Below, piece by piece: positions 12,501 through 28,500 of a stretch of 64,000 nt of DNA. The notes under the pieces were generated by a model. The model had not been told where the DNA came from. It saw only the letters and a list, made by a program, of their open reading frames with translations, and searched no databases. Source of the stretch: Eledone cirrhosa (Eukaryota); assembly GCA_964016885.1 (NCBI GenBank), contig OZ024745.1:6758001-6822000 (forward strand), given 5' to 3'. Each line of letters opens with the position of its first letter. Position 1 is the first letter of the stretch. The position numbers were made by a program, and so were the translations under genes.

Positions 12501-15500
12501 TGGCAGCCAGTACTATGGTGGCTCTACAATATGGCAGCCAGTACTATGGTGGCTGTACAATATGGCAGCCAGTACTATGGTGGCTGTACAATATGGCAGC
12601 CAGTACTATGGTGGCTGTACAGTATGGCAGCCAGTACTATGGTGGCTCTACAATATAGCAGCCAGTGCTATGGTGGCTGTACAATATGGCAGCCAGTACT
12701 ATGGTGGCTGTACAATATGGCAGCCAGTACTATGGTGGCTGTATAATATGGCAGCCAGTACTATGGTGGCTGTACAATATGGCAGCCAGTACTATGGTGG
12801 CTGTACAATATGGCAGCCAGTACTATGGTGGCTGTACAATATGGCAGCCAGTGCTAAGGTGGCTCTACAATATGGCAGCCAGTACTATGGTGGCTGTACA
12901 ATATGGCAGCCAGTTCTATGGTGGCTCTACAATATGGCAGCCAGTTCTATGGTGGTTCTACAATATGGCAGCCAGTACTATTCTGGCTGTAGAATATGGC
13001 AGCCAGTACTATTCTGGCTGTACAATATGGAAGCTAGTAGTATGGTGGCTGTATAATATGGCAGCCAGTACTATGGTGGCTGTACAGTATGGCAGCCAGT
13101 ACTATGGTGGCTCTACAATATAGCAGCCAGTGCTATGGTGGCTGTACAATATGGCAGCCAGTACTATGGTGGCTGTACAATATGGCAGCCAGTACTATGG
13201 TGGCTGTATAATATGGCAGCCAGTACTATGGTGGCTGTACAATATGGCAGCCAGTACTATGGTGGCTGTACAATATGGCAGCCAGTACTATGGTGGCTCT
13301 ACAATATGGCAGCCAGTGCTATGGTGGCTGTACAATATGGCAGCCAGTACTATGGTGGCTGTACAATATGGCAGCCAGTACTATTGTGGCTGTACAATAT
13401 GGTCGCCAGTACTATGGTGGCTGTACAATATGGCAGCCAGTACGATGGTGGCTGTACAATATGGCAGCCAGTACTATGGTGGCTCTACAATATGGCAGCC
13501 AGTACTATGGTGGCTCTACAATATGGCCGCCAGTTCTATGGTGGCTGTACAATATGGCAGCCAGTACTATGGTGGCTCTACAATATGGCAGCCAATAATA
13601 TGGTGGCTGTACAATATGGCAGCCAGTAATATGGTGGCTGTACAATATGGCAGCCAGTGCTAAGGTGGCTCTACAATATGGCAGCCAGTACTATGGTGGC
13701 TGTACAATATGGCAGCCAGTACTATGGTGGCTGTACAATATGGCAGCCAGTACTATGGTGGCTCTACAACATAGCAGCCAGTACTATGGTGGCTGTACAA
13801 TATTGCAGCTAGTACTATGGTGGCTGTACAATATGGCAGCCAGTACTATGGTGGTTTACAATATGGCAGCCAGTACTATGGTGGATGTACAATATGGTAG
13901 CCAGTACTATGGTGGCTGTACAATATGGCAGCTAGTACTATGGTGGCTCTAGAATATGGCCGCCAGTTCTATGGTGGCTGTACAATATGGCAGCCAGTAC
14001 TATGGTGGCTGTACAATATGGCAGCCAGTACTATGGTGGCTGTACAATATGGCAGCCAGTACTATCGTGGCTGTACAATATGGCAGCCAGTTCTATGGTG
14101 GCTCTACAATATGGCAGCCAGTACTATGGTGGCTGTACAATATGGCAGCCAGTACTATGGTGGCTCTACAATATGGCAGCCAGTACTATTCTGGCTGTAC
14201 AATATGGCAGCCAGTACTATTCTGGCTGTACAGTATGGCAGCTAGTACTATGGTGACTCTACAATATAGCAGCCAGTGCTATGGTGGCTGTACAATATGG
14301 CAGCCAGTACTATGGTGGCTGTACAATATGGCAGCCAGTACTATGGGGGCTGTACAATATGGCAGCCAGTACTATGGTGGCTCTACAATATGGCAGCCAG
14401 TGCTATGGTGGCTCTACAATATGGCAGCCAGTTCTATGGGGGCTGTACAATATGGCAGCCAGTACTATGGTGGCTGTACAATATGGCAGCCAGTACTATG
14501 GTGGCTATACGATATGGCAGCCAGTACTATGGTGGCTGTACAATATGGCAGCCAGTACTATGGTGGCTGTACAATATGGCAGCCAGTACTATGGTGGCTG
14601 TACAATATGGCAGCTAGTACTATGGTGGCTGTACAATATGGCAGCCAGTTCTATGGTGGCTCTACAATATGGCAGCCAATACTATGGTGGCTGTACAATA
14701 TGGCAGTCAGTACTATGGTGGCTCTACAATATGGCAGCCAGTACTATGGTGGCTCTACAATATGGCAGCCAGTACTATGGTGGCTGTACAATATTGCAGC
14801 TAGTACTATGGTGGCTGTACAATATGGCAGCCAGTTCTATGGTGGCTGTACAATATGGCAGCCAGTACTATTGTGGCTCAACAATATGGCAGCCAGTACT
14901 ATGGTGGCTCTACAATATGGCAGCCAGTACTATGGTGGCTGTACAATATGGCAGCCAGTACTATGGTGGCTGTACAATATGGTAGTCAGTACTATGGTGG
15001 CTGTACAATATGGCAGCCAGTACTATGGTGGCTCTACAATGTGGCAGCCAATACTATGGTGGCTGTACAATATGGCAGCCAGTACTATGGTGGCTGTACA
15101 ATATGGCAGCCAGTGCTAAGGTGGCTCTACAATATGGCAGCCAGTACTATGGTGGCTGTACAATATGGCAGCCAGTTCTATGGTGGCTCTACAATATGGC
15201 AGCCAGTACTATGGTGGCTGTACAATATGGCAGCCAGTACTATGGTGGCTCTACAATATGGAAGCCAGTAGTATGGTGGCTGTATAATATGGCAGCCAGT
15301 ACTATGGTGGCTGTACAGTATGGCAGCCAGTACTATGGTGGCTCTACAATACAGCAGCCAGTGCTATGGTGGCTGTACAATATGGCAGCCAGTACTATGG
15401 TGGCTGTACAATATGGCAGCCAGTACTATGGTAGCTGTATAATATGGCAGCCAGTACTATGGTGGCTGTACAATATGGCAGCCAGTACTATGGTGGCTGT

Positions 15501-18500
15501 ACAATATAGCAGCCAGTACTATGGTGGCTATACGATATGGCAGCCAGTACTATGGTGGCTGTACAATATGGCAGCCAGTACTATGGTGGCTGTACAATAT
15601 GGCAGCCAGTACTATGGTGGCTGTACAATATGGCAGCCAGTACTATGGTGGCTGTACAATATAGCAGCCAGTACTATGGTGGCTATACGATATGGCAGCC
15701 AGTACTATGGTGGCTGTACAATATGGCAGCCAGTACTATGGTGGCTGTACAATATGGCAGCCAGTACTATGGTGGCAGTACAATATGGCAGCCAGTACTA
15801 TAGTGGCTGTACAATATAGCAGTCAGTACTATGGTGGCTCTACAATATGGCAGCCAATACTATGGTGGCTGTACAACATTGCAGCCAGTATTATGGTGGC
15901 TGTACAATATGGCAGTCAGTACTATGGTGGCTCTACAATATGGCAGCCAATACTATGGTGGCTGTACAATATGGCAGCCAGTACTATGGTGGCTCTACAA
16001 TATGACAGCCAGTACTATGGTGGCTGTACAATATTGCAGCTAGTACTATGGTGGCTGTACAATATGGCAGCCAGTTCTATGGTGGCTGTACAATATGGCA
16101 GCCAGTAATATTGTGGTTCAACAATATGGCAGCCAGTACTATGGTGGCTCTACAATATGGCAGCCAGTACTATGGTGGCTGTACAATATGGCAGCCAGTA
16201 CTATGGTGGCTGTACAATATGGTAGCCAGTACTATGGTGGCTGTACAATATGGCAGCCAGTACTATGGTGGCTCTACAATATGGCCGCCAGTTCTATGGT
16301 GGCTGTACAATATGGCAGCCAGTACTATGGTGGCTCTACAATGTGGCAGCCAATACTATGGAGGCTCTACAACATAGCAGCCAGTACTATGGTGGCTGTA
16401 CAATATGGCAGCCAGTGCTAAGGTGGCTCTACAATATAGCAGCCAGTACTATGGTGGCTGTACAATATGGCAGCCAGTTCTATGGTGGCTCTACAATATG
16501 GCAGCCAATACTATGGTGGCTGTACAATATGGCAGCCAGTACTATGGTGGCTCTACAATATGGCAGCCAGTATTATTCTGGCTGTAGAATATGGCAGCCA
16601 GTACTATTCTGGCTGTACAATATGGAAGCCAGTAGTATGGTGGCTGTATAATATGGCAGCCAGTACTATGGTGGCTCTACAATATAGCAGCCAGTGCTAT
16701 GGTGGCTGTACAATATGGCAGCCAGTACTATGGTGGCTGTACAATATGGCAGCCAGTACTATGGTGGCTGTATAATATGGCAGCCAGTACTATGGTGGCT
16801 GTACAATATGGCAGCCAGTACTATGGTGGCTGTACAATATGGCAGCCAGTACTATGGTGGCTCTACGATATGGCAGCCAGTGCTATGGTGGCTGTACATT
16901 ATGGCATCCAGTACTATGGTGGCTGTACAATATGGCAGCCAATACTATTGTGGCTGTACAATATGGCAGCCAGTACTATGGTGGCTGTACAATATGGCAG
17001 CCAGTACGATGGTGGCTGTACAATATGGCAGCCAGTACTATGGTGGCTCTACAATATGGCAGCCAGTACTATGGTGGCTCTACAATATGGCCGCCAGTTC
17101 TATGGTGGCTGTACAATATGGCAGCCAGTACTATGGTGGCTCTACAATATGGCAGCCAATAATATGGTGGCTGTACAATATGGCAGCCAGTAATATGGTG
17201 GCTGTACAATATGGCAGCCAGTGCTAAGGTGGCTCTACAATATGGCAGCCAGTACTATGGTGGCTGTACAATGTGGCAGCCAGTACTATGGTGGCTGTAC
17301 AATATGGCAGCCAGTACTATGGTGGCTCTACAACATAGCAGCCAGTACTATGGTGGCTGTACAATATTGCAGCTAGTACTATGGTGGCTGTACAATATGG
17401 CAGCCAGTTCTATGGTGGCTGTACAATATGGCAGCCAGTACTATTGTGGCTCAACAATATGGCAGCCAGTACTATGGTGGCTGTACAATATGGCAGCCAG
17501 TACTATGGTGGCTTTACAATATGGCAGCCAGTACTATGGTGGCTGTACAATATGGTAGCCAGTACTATGGTGGCTGTACAATATGGCAGCTAGTACTATG
17601 GTGGCTCTAGAATATGGCCGCCAGTTCTATGGTGGCTGTACAATATGGCAGCCAGTACTATGGTGGCTGTACAATATGGCAGCCAGTACTATGGTGGCTG
17701 TACAATATGGCAGCCAGTACTATGGTGGCTGTACAATATGGCAGCCAGTTCTATGGTGGCTCTACAATATGGCAGCCAGTACTATGGTGGCTGTACAATA
17801 TGGCAGCCAGTACTATGGTGGCTGTACAATATGGTAGCCAGTACTATTCTGGTTGTAGAATATGGCAGCCAGTACTATTCTGGCTGTACAATATGGAAGC
17901 CAGTAGTATGGTGGCTGTATAATATGGCAGCCAGTACTATGGTGGCTGTACAGTATGGCAGCCAGTACTATGGTGGCTCTACAATATAGCAGCCAGTGCT
18001 ATGGTGGCTGTACAATATGGCAGCCAGTACTATGGTGGCTCTACAATATGGCAGCCAGTGCTATGGTGGCTCTACTATATGGCAGCCAGTTCTATGGGGG
18101 CTGTACAATATGGCAGCCAGTACTATGGTGGCTGTACAATATAGCAGCCAGTACTATGGTGGCTATACGATATGGCAGCCAGTACTATGGTGGCTGTACA
18201 ATATGGCAGCCAATACTATGGTGGCTGTACAATATAGCAGTCAGTACTATGGTGGCTCTACAATATGGCAGCCAATACTATGGTGGCTGTACAACATTGC
18301 AGCCAGTATTATGGTGGCTGTACAATATGGCAGTCAGTACTATGGTGGCTCTACAATATGGCAGCCAATACTATGGTGGCTGTACAATATGGCAGTCAGT
18401 ATAATGGTGGCTCTACAATATGGCAGCCAGTACTATGGTGGCTCTACAATATGGCAGCCAGTACTATGGTGGCTGTACAATATTGCAGCTAGTACTATGG

Positions 18501-21500
18501 TGGCTGTACAATATGGCAGCCAGTTCTATGGTGGCTGTACAATATGGCAGCCAGTACTATTGTGGTTCAACAATATGGCAGCCAGTACTATGGTGGCTCT
18601 ACAATATGGCAGCCAGTACTATGGTGGCTGTACAATATGGCAGCCAGTACTATGGTGGCTGTACAATATGGCAGCCAGTACTATGGTGGCTGTACAGTAT
18701 GGCAGCCAGTACTATGGTGGCTCTACAATATAGCAGCCAGTGCTATGGTGGCTGTACAATATGGCAGCCAGTACTATGGTGGCTGTACAATATGGCAGCC
18801 AGTACTATGGTGGCTGTATAATATGGCAGCCAGTACTATGGTGGCTGTACAATATGGCAGCCAGTACTATGGTGGCTGTACAATATGGCAGCCAGTACTA
18901 TGGTGGCTGTACAATATGGCAGCCAGTGCTAAGGTGGCTCTACAATATGGCAGCCAGTACTATGGTGGCTGTACAATATGGCAGCCAGTTCTATGGTGGC
19001 TCTACAATATGGCAGCCAGTTCTATGGTGGTTCTACAATATGGCAGCCAGTACTATTCTGGCTGTAGAATATGGCAGCCAGTACTATTCTGGCTGTACAA
19101 TATGGAAGCTAGTAGTATGGTGGCTGTATAATATGGCAGCCAGTACTATGGTGGCTGTACAGTATGGCAGCCAGTACTATGGTGGCTCTACAATATAGCA
19201 GCCAGTGCTATGGTGGCTGTACAATATGGCAGCCAGTACTATGGTGGCTGTACAATATGGCAGCCAGTACTATGGTGGCTGTTTAATATGGCAGCCATTA
19301 CTATGGTGGCTGTACAATATGGCAGCCAGTACTATGGTGGCTGTACAATATGGCAGCCAGTACTATGGTGGCTCTACAATATGGCAGCCAGTGCTATGGT
19401 GGCTGTACAATATGGCAGCCAGTACTATGGTGGCTGTACAATATGGCAGCCAGTACTATTGTGGCTGTACAATATGGCAGCCAGTACTATGGTGGCTGTA
19501 CAATATGGCAGCCAGTACGATGGTGGCTGTACAATATGGCAGCCAGTACTATGGTGGCTCTACAATATGGCAGCCAGTACTATGGTGGCTCTACAATATG
19601 GCCGCCAGTTCTATGGTGGCTGTACAATATGGCAGCCAGTACTATGGTGGCTCTACAATATGGCAGCCAATAATATGGTGGCTGTACAATATGGCAGCCA
19701 GTAATATGGTGGCTGTACAATATGGCAGCCAGTGCTAAGGTGGCTCTACAATATGGCAGCCAGTACTATGGTGGCTGTACAATATGGCAGCCAGTACTAT
19801 GGTGGCTGTACAATATGGCAGCCAGTACTATGGTGGCTCTACAACATAGCAGCCAGTACTATGGTGGCTGTACAATATTGCAGCTAGTACTATGGTGGCT
19901 GTACAATATGGCAGCCAGTACTATGGTGGTTTACAATATGGCAGCCAGTACTATGGTGGATGTACAATATGGTAGCCAGTACTATGGTGGCTGTACAATA
20001 TGGCAGCTAGTACTATGGTGGCTCTAGAATATGGCCGCCAGTTCTATGGTGGCTGTACAATATGGCAGCCAGTACTATGGTGGCTGTACAATATGGCAGC
20101 CAGTACTATGGTGGCTGTACAATATGGCAGCCAGTACTATGGTGGCTGTACAATATGGCAGCCAGTTCTATGGTGGCTCTACAATATGGCACCCAGTACT
20201 ATGGTGGCTGTACAATATGGCAGCCAGTACTATGGTGGCTCTACAATATGGCAGCCAGTACTATTCTGGCTGTACAATATGGCAGCCAGTACTATTCTGG
20301 CTGTACAGTATGGCAGCTAGTACTATGGTGACTCTACAATATAGCAGCCAGTGCTATGGTGGCTGTACAATATGGCAGCCAGTACTATGGTGGCTGTACA
20401 ATATGGCAGCCAGTACTATGGGGGCTGTACAATATGGCAGCCAGTACTATGGTGGCTCTACAATATGGCAGCCAGTGCTATGGTGGCTCTACAATATGGC
20501 AGCCAGTTCTATGGGGGCTGTACAATATGGCAGCCAGTACTATGGTGGCTGTACAATATGGCAGCCAGTACTATGGTGGCTATACGATATGGCAGCCAGT
20601 ACTATGGTGGCTGTACAATATGGCAGCCAGTACTATGGTGGCTGTACAATATGGCAGCCAGTACTATGGTGGCTGTACAATATGGCAGCTAGTACTATGG
20701 TGGCTGTACAATATGGCAGCCAGTTCTATGGTGGCTCTACAATATGGCAGCCAATACTATGGTGGCTGTACAATATGGCAGTCAGTACTATGGTGGCTCT
20801 ACAATATGGCAGCCAGTACTATGGTGGCTCTACAATATGGCAGCCAGTACTATGGTGGCTGTACAATATTGCAGCTAGTACTATGGTGGCTGTACAATAT
20901 GGCAGCCAGTTCTATGGTGGCTGTACAATATGGCAGCCAGTACTATTGTGGCTCAACAATATGGCAGCCAGTACTATGGTGGCTCTACAATATGGCAGCC
21001 AGTACTATGGTGGCTGTACAATATGGCAGCCAGTACTATGGTGGCTGTACAATATGGTAGTCAGTACTATGGTGGCTGTACAATATGGCAGCCAGTACTA
21101 TGGTGGCTCTACAATGTGGCAGCCAATACTATGGTGGCTGTACAATATGGCAGCCAGTACTATGGTGGCTGTACAATATGGCAGCCAGTGCTAAGGTGGC
21201 TCTACAATATGGCAGCCAGTACTATGGTGGCTGTACAATATGGCAGCCAGTTCTATGGTGGCTCTACAATATGGCAGCCAGTACTATGGTGGCTGTACAA
21301 TATGGCAGCCAGTACTATGGTGGCTCTACAATATGGAAGCCAGTAGTATGGTGGCTGTATAATATGGCAGCCAGTACTATGGTGGCTGTACAGTATGGCA
21401 GCCAGTACTATGGTGGCTCTACAATACAGCAGCCAGTGCTATGGTGGCTGTACAATATGGCAGCCAGTACTATGGTGGCTGTACAATATGGCAGCCAGTA

Positions 21501-21580
21501 CTATGGTAGCTGTATAATATGGCAGCCAGTACTATGGTGGCTGTACAATATGGCAGCCAGTACTATGGTGGCTGTACAAT
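9545..21580. repeat. Tandem duplication with 6075-bp period (196x31 - 1)
   Basis: ORF pairs 9617/15692, 11921/17996, 13647/19722 and 15010/21085 are all 6075 apart. The 30-bp GGTTTAC monomer is shared at 13833/19908. Confidence 0.95.
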
Positions 21581-24500
21581 ATGGCAGTCAGTACTATGGT
21601 GGCTCTACAATATGGCAGCCAATACTATGGTGGCTGTACAACATTGCAGCCAGTATTATGGTGGCTGTACAATATGGCAGCCAGTGCTATGGTGGCTGTA
21701 CAATACGGCAGCCAGTCCTATGGTGGCTGTACAATATGGCAGCCAGTACTATTGTGGCTCAACAATATGGCAGCCGGTACTATGGTGGCTCTACAATATG
21801 GCAGCCAATACTATGGTGGCTGTACAATATGGCAGCCAGTACTATGGTGGCTGTACAATATGGCAGCCTGTGCTATGGTGGCTCTACAATATGGCAGCCA
21901 GTACTATGGTGGCTGTACAATATGGCAGCAAGTACTATGGTGGCTCTACAATATGGCAGCCAGTACTATGGTGGCTGTACAATATGGCAGCCAGTGCTAT
22001 GGTGGCTCTACAATATGGCAGCCAGTACTATGGTGGCTATACAATATGGCAGCCAGTACTATGGTGGCTGTACAATATGGCAGCCAGTTCTATGGTGGCT
22101 CTACAATATGGCAGCCAGTACTATTCTGGTTGTAGAATATGGCAGCCAGTACTATTCTGGCTGTACAATATGGAAGCCAGTAGTATGGTGGCTGTATAAT
22201 ATGGCAGCCAGTACTATGGTGGCTGTACAGTATGGCAGCCAGTACTATGGTGGCTCTACAATATAGCAGCCAGTGCTATGGTGGCTGTACAATATGGCAG
22301 CCAGTACTATGGTGGCTGTACAATATGGCAGCCAGTACTATGGTGGCTGTATAATATGGCAGCCAGTACTATAGTGGCTGTACAATATGGCAGCCAGTAC
22401 TATGGTGGCTGTACAATATGGCAGCCAGTACTATTGTGGCTGTACAATATGGCAGCCAGTACTATGGTGGCTGTACAATATGGCAGCCAGTACGATGGTG
22501 GCTGTACAATATGGCAGCCAGTACTATGGTGGCTCTACAATATGGCAGCCAGTACTATGGTGGCTCTACAATATGGCCGCCAGTTCTATGGTGGCTGTAC
22601 AATATGGCAGCCAGTACTATGGTGGCTCTACAATATGGCAGCCAATAATATGGTGGCTGTACAATATGGCAACCAGTAATATGGTGACTGTAGAATATGG
22701 CAGCCAGTGCTAAGGTGGCTCTACAATATGGCAGCCAGTACTATGGTGGCTGTACAATATGGCAGCCAGTACTATGGTGGCTGTAAAATATGGCAGCCAG
22801 TACTATGGTGGCTCTACAACATAGCAGCCAGTACTATGGTGGCTCTACAATATTGCAGCTAGTACTATGGTGGCTGTACAATATGGCAGCCAGTTCTATG
22901 GTGGCTGTACAATATGGCAGCCAGTACTATTGTGGCTCAACAATATGGCAGCCAGTACTATGGTGGCTGTACAATATGGCAGCCAGTACTATGGTGGCTT
23001 TACAATATGGCAGCCAGTACTATGGTGGCTGTACAATATGGTAGCCAGTACTATGGTGGCTGTACAATATGGCAGCTAGTACTATGGTGGCTCTAGAATA
23101 TGGCCGCCAGTTCTATGGTGGCTGTACAATATGGCAGCCAGTACTATGGTGGCTGTACAATATGGCAGCCAGTGCTAAGGTGGCTCTACAATATGGCAGC
23201 CAGTACTATGGTGGCTGTACAATATGGCAGCCAGTTCTATGGTGGCTCTACAATATGACAGCCAGTACTATGGTGGCTGTACAATATGGCAGCCAGTACT
23301 ATGGTGGCTCTACAATATGGCAGCCAGTACTATTCTGGCTGTACAATATGGCAGCCAGTACTATTCTGGCTGTACGATATGGAAGCCAGTACTATGGTGG
23401 CTGTATAATATGTCAGCCAGTATTATGGTGGCTGTACAGTATGGCAGCCAGTACTATGGTGGCTCTACAATATAGCAGCCAGTGCTATGGTGGCTGTACA
23501 ATATGGCAGCCAGTACAATGGTGGCTGTACAATATGGCAGCCAGTACTATGGTGGCTGTACAATATGGCAGCCAGTACTATGGTGGCTGTACAATATGGC
23601 AGCCAGTACTATGGTGGCTCTACAATATGGCAGCCAGTGCTATGGTGGCTCTACTATATGGCAGCCAGTTTTATGGGGGCTGTACAATATGGCAGCCAGT
23701 ACTATGGTGGCTGTACAATATAGCAGCCAGTACTATGGTGGCTATACGATATGGCAGCCAGTACTATGGTGGCTGAACAATATGGCAGCCAGTACTATGG
23801 TGGCTGTACAATATGGCAGCCAGTACTATGGTGGCAGTATAATATGGCAGCCAGTACTATAGTGGCTGTACAATATAGCAGTCAGTACTATGGTGGCTCT
23901 ACAATATGGCAGCCAATACTATGGTGGCTGTACAACATTGCAGCCAGTATTATGGTGGCTCTACAATATGGCAGCCAATACTATGGTGGCTGTACAATAT
24001 GGCAGTCAGTATAATGGTGGCTCTACAATATGGCAGCCAGTACTATGGTGGCTCTACAATATGGCAGCCAGTACTATGGTGGCTGTACAATATTGCAGCT
24101 AGTACTATGGTGGCTGTACAATATGGCAGCCAGTTCTATGGTGGCTGTACAATATGGCAGCCAGTACTATTGTGGTTCAACAATATGGCAGCCAGTACTA
24201 TGGTGCCTCTACAATATGGCAGCCAGTACTATGGTGGCTGTACAATATGGCAGCCAGTACTATGGTGGCTGTACAATATGGTAGCCAGTACTATGGTGGC
24301 TGTACAATATGGCAGCCAGTACTATGGTGGCTCTACAATATGGCCGCCAGTTCTATGGTGGCTGTACAATATGGCAGCCAGTACTATGGTGGCTCTACAA
24401 TGTGGCAGCCAATACTATGGAGGCTGTACAATATGGCAGCCAGTACTATGGTGGCTGTACAATATGTCAGCCAGTGCTAAGGTGGCTCTACAATATGGCA

Positions 24501-25548
24501 GCCAGTACTATGGTGGCTGTACAATATGGCAGCCAGTTCTATGGTGGCTCTACAATATGGCAGCCAGTACTATGGTGGCTGTACAATATGGCAGCCAGTT
24601 CTATGGTGGCTCTACAATATGGCAGCCAGTACTATGGTGGCTCTACAATATAGCAGCCAGTGCTATGGTGGCTGTACAATATGGCAGCAAGTACTATGGT
24701 GGCTGTACAATATGGCAGCCAGTACTATGGTGGCTGTATAATATGGCAGCCAGTACTATGGTGGCTGTACAATATGGCAGCCAGTACTATGGTGGCTGTA
24801 CAATATGGCAGCCAGTACTATGGTGGCTCTACAATATGGCAGCCAGTGCTATGGTGGCTGTACAATATGGCAGCCAGTACTATGGTGGCTGTACAATATG
24901 GCAGCCAGTACTATTGTGGCTGTACAATATGGCAGCCAGTACTATGGTGGCTGTACAATATGGCAGCCAGTACGATGGTGGCTGTACAATATGGCAGCCA
25001 GTACTATGGTGGCTCTACAATATGGCAGCCAGTACTATGGTGGCTCTACAATATGGGCGCCAGTTCTATGGTGGCTGTACAATATGGCAGCCAGTACTAT
25101 GGTGGCTCTACAATATGGCAGCCAATAATATGGTGGCTGTACAATATGGCAGCCAGTAATATGGTGGCTGTACAATATGGCAGCCAGTGCTAAAGTGGCT
25201 CTACAATATGGCAGCCAGTACTATGGTGGCTGTACAATATGGCAGCCAGTACTATGGTGGCTGTACAATATGGCAGCCAGTACTATGGTGGCTCTACAAC
25301 ATAGCAGCCAGTACTATGGTGGCTGTACAATATTGCAGCTAGTACTATGGTGGCTGTACAATATGGCAGTCAGTTCTATGGTGGCTGTACAATATGGCAG
25401 CCAGTACTATTGTGGCTAAACAATATGGCAGCCAGTACTATGGTGCCTGTACAATATGGCAGCCAGTACTATGGTGGCTTTACAATATGGCAGCCAGTAC
25501 TATGGTGGCTGTACAATATGGTAGCCAGTACTATGGTGGCTGTACAAT

Positions 25549-28500
25549 ATGGCAGCTAGTACTATGGTGGCTCTAGAATATGGCCGCCAGTTCTATGGTG
25601 GCTGTACAATATGGCAGCCAGTACTATGGTGGCTGTACAATATGGCAGCCAGTACTATGGTGGCTGTACAATATGGCAGTCAGTACTATGGTGGCTGTAC
25701 AATATGGCAGCCAGTTCTATGGTGGCTCTACAATATGGCAGCCAGTACTATGGTGGCTGTACAATATGGCAGCCAGTACTATGGTGGCTCTACAATATGG
25801 CAGCCAGTACTATTCTGGCTGTACAATATGGCAGCCAGTACTATTCTGGCTGTACAATATGGCAGCCAGTACTATGGTGGCTGTACAATATGGCAGCCAG
25901 TACTATGGGGGCTGTATAATATGGCAGCAAGTAGTATGGTGGCTGTACAATATGGCAGCCAGTACTATAGTGGCTGTACAATATGGCAGCCAGTACTATG
26001 ATGGCTCTACAATATGGCAGCCAGTGCTATGGTGGCTCTACAATATGGCAGCCAGTTCTATGGGGGCTGAACAATATGGCAGCCAGTACTATGGTGGTTG
26101 TACAATATGGCAGCCAGTACTATGGTGGCTATACGATATGGCAGCCAGTACTATGGTGGCTGTACAATATGGCAGCCAGTACTATGGTGGCTGTACAATA
26201 TGGCAGCCAGTACTATGGTGGCTGTACAATATGGCAGCTAGTACTATGGTGGCTGTACAATATGGCAGCCAGTTCTATGGTGGCTCTACAATATGGCAGC
26301 CAATACTATGGTGGCTGTACAATATGGCAGTCAGTACTATGGTGGCTCTACAATATGGCAGCCAGTACTATGGTGGCTCTACAATATGGCAGCCAGTACT
26401 ATGGTGGCTGTACAATATTGCAGCTAGTACTATGGTGGCTGTACAATATGGCAGCCAGTTCTATGGTGGCTGTACAATATGGCAGCCAGTACTATTGTGG
26501 CTCAACAATATGGCAGCCAGTACTATGGTGGCTCTACAATATGGCAGCCAGTACTATGGTGGCTGTACAATATGGCAGCCAGTACTATGGTGGCTGTACA
26601 ATATGGTAGCCAGTACTATGGTGGCTGTACAATATGGCCGCCAGTTCTATGGTGGCTGTACAATATGGCAGCCAGTACTATGGTGGCTCTACAATGTGGC
26701 AGCCAATACAATGGTGGCTGTACAATATGGCAGCCAGTACTATGGTGGCTGTACAATATGGCAGCCAGTGCTAAGGTGGCTCTACAATATGGCAGCCAGT
26801 ACTATGGTGGCTGTACAATATGGCAGCCAGTTCTATGGTGGCTCTACAATATGGCAGCCAGTACTATGGTGGCTGTACAATATGGCAGCCAGTACTATGG
26901 TGGCTCTACAATATGGAAGCCAGTAGTATGGTGGCTGTATAATATGGCAGCCAGTACTATGGTGGCTGTACAGTATGGCAGCCAGTACTATGGTGGCTCT
27001 ACAATACAGCAGCCAGTGCTATGGTGGCTGTACAATATGGCAGCCAGTACTATGGTGGCTGTACAATATGGCAGCCAGTACTATGGTAGCTGTATAATAT
27101 GGCAGCCAGTACTATGGTGGCTGTACAATATGGCAGCCAGTACTATGGTGGCTGTACAATCTGGCAGCCAGTACTATGGTGGCTCTACAATATGGCAGCC
27201 AGTGCTATGGTGGCTGTACAATATGGCAGCCAGTCCTATGGTGGCTGTACAATATGGCAGCCAGTACTATTGTAGCTCAACAATATGGCAGCCGGTACTA
27301 TGGTGGCTCTACAATATGGCAGCCAATACTATGGTGGCTGTACAATATGGCAGCCAGTACTATGGTGGCTGTACAATATGGCAGCCTGTGCTATGGTGGC
27401 TCTACAATGTGGCAGCCAGTACTATGGTGGCTGTACAATATGGCAGCAAGTACTATGGTGGCTCTACAATATGGCAGCCAGTACTATGGTGGCTATACAA
27501 TATGGCAGCCAGTACTATGGTGGCTATACAATATGGCAGCCAGTACTATGGTGGCTGTACAATATGGCAGCTAGTACTATGGTGGCTCTAGAATATGGCC
27601 GCCAGTTCTATGGTGGCTGTACAATATGGCAGCCAGTACTATGGTGGCTGTACAATATGGCAGCCAGTACTATGGTGGCTGTACAATATGGCAGTCAGTA
27701 CTATGGTGGCTGTACAATATGGCAGCCAGTTCTATGGTGGCTCTACAATATGGCAGCCAGTACTATGGTGGCTGTACAATATGGCAGCCAGTACTATGGT
27801 GGCTCTACAATATGGCAGCCAGTACTATTCTGGCTGTACAATATGGCAGCCAGTACTATTCTGGCTGTACAGTATGGCAGCCAGTACTATGGTGACTCTA
27901 CAATATAGCAGCCAGAGCTATGGTGGCTGTACAATATGGCAGCCAGTACTATGGTGGCTGTACAATATGGCAGCCAGTACTATGGGGGCTGTATAATATG
28001 GCAGCAAGTAGTATGGTGGCTGTACAATATGGCAGCCAGTACTATAGTGGCTGTACAATATGGCAGCCAGTACTATGATGGCTCTACAATATGGCAGCCA
28101 GTGCTATGGTGGCTCTACAATATGGCAGCCAGTTCTATGGGGGCTGAACAATATGGCAGCCAGTACTATGGTGGCTGTACAATATGGCAGCCAGTACTAT
28201 GGTGGCTATACGATATGGCAGCCAGTACTATGGTGGCTGTACAATATGGCAGCCAGTACTATGGTGGCTGTACAATATGGCAGCCAGTACTATGGTGGCT
28301 GTACAATATGGCAGCTAGTACTATGGTGGCTGTACAATATGGCAGCCAGTTCTATGGCGGCTCTACAATATGGCAGCCAATACTATGGTGGCTGTACAAT
28401 ATGGCAGTCAGTACTATGGTGGCTCTACAATATGGCAGCCAGTACTATGGTGGCTCTACAATATGGCAGCCAGTACTATGGTGGCTGTACAATATTGCAG

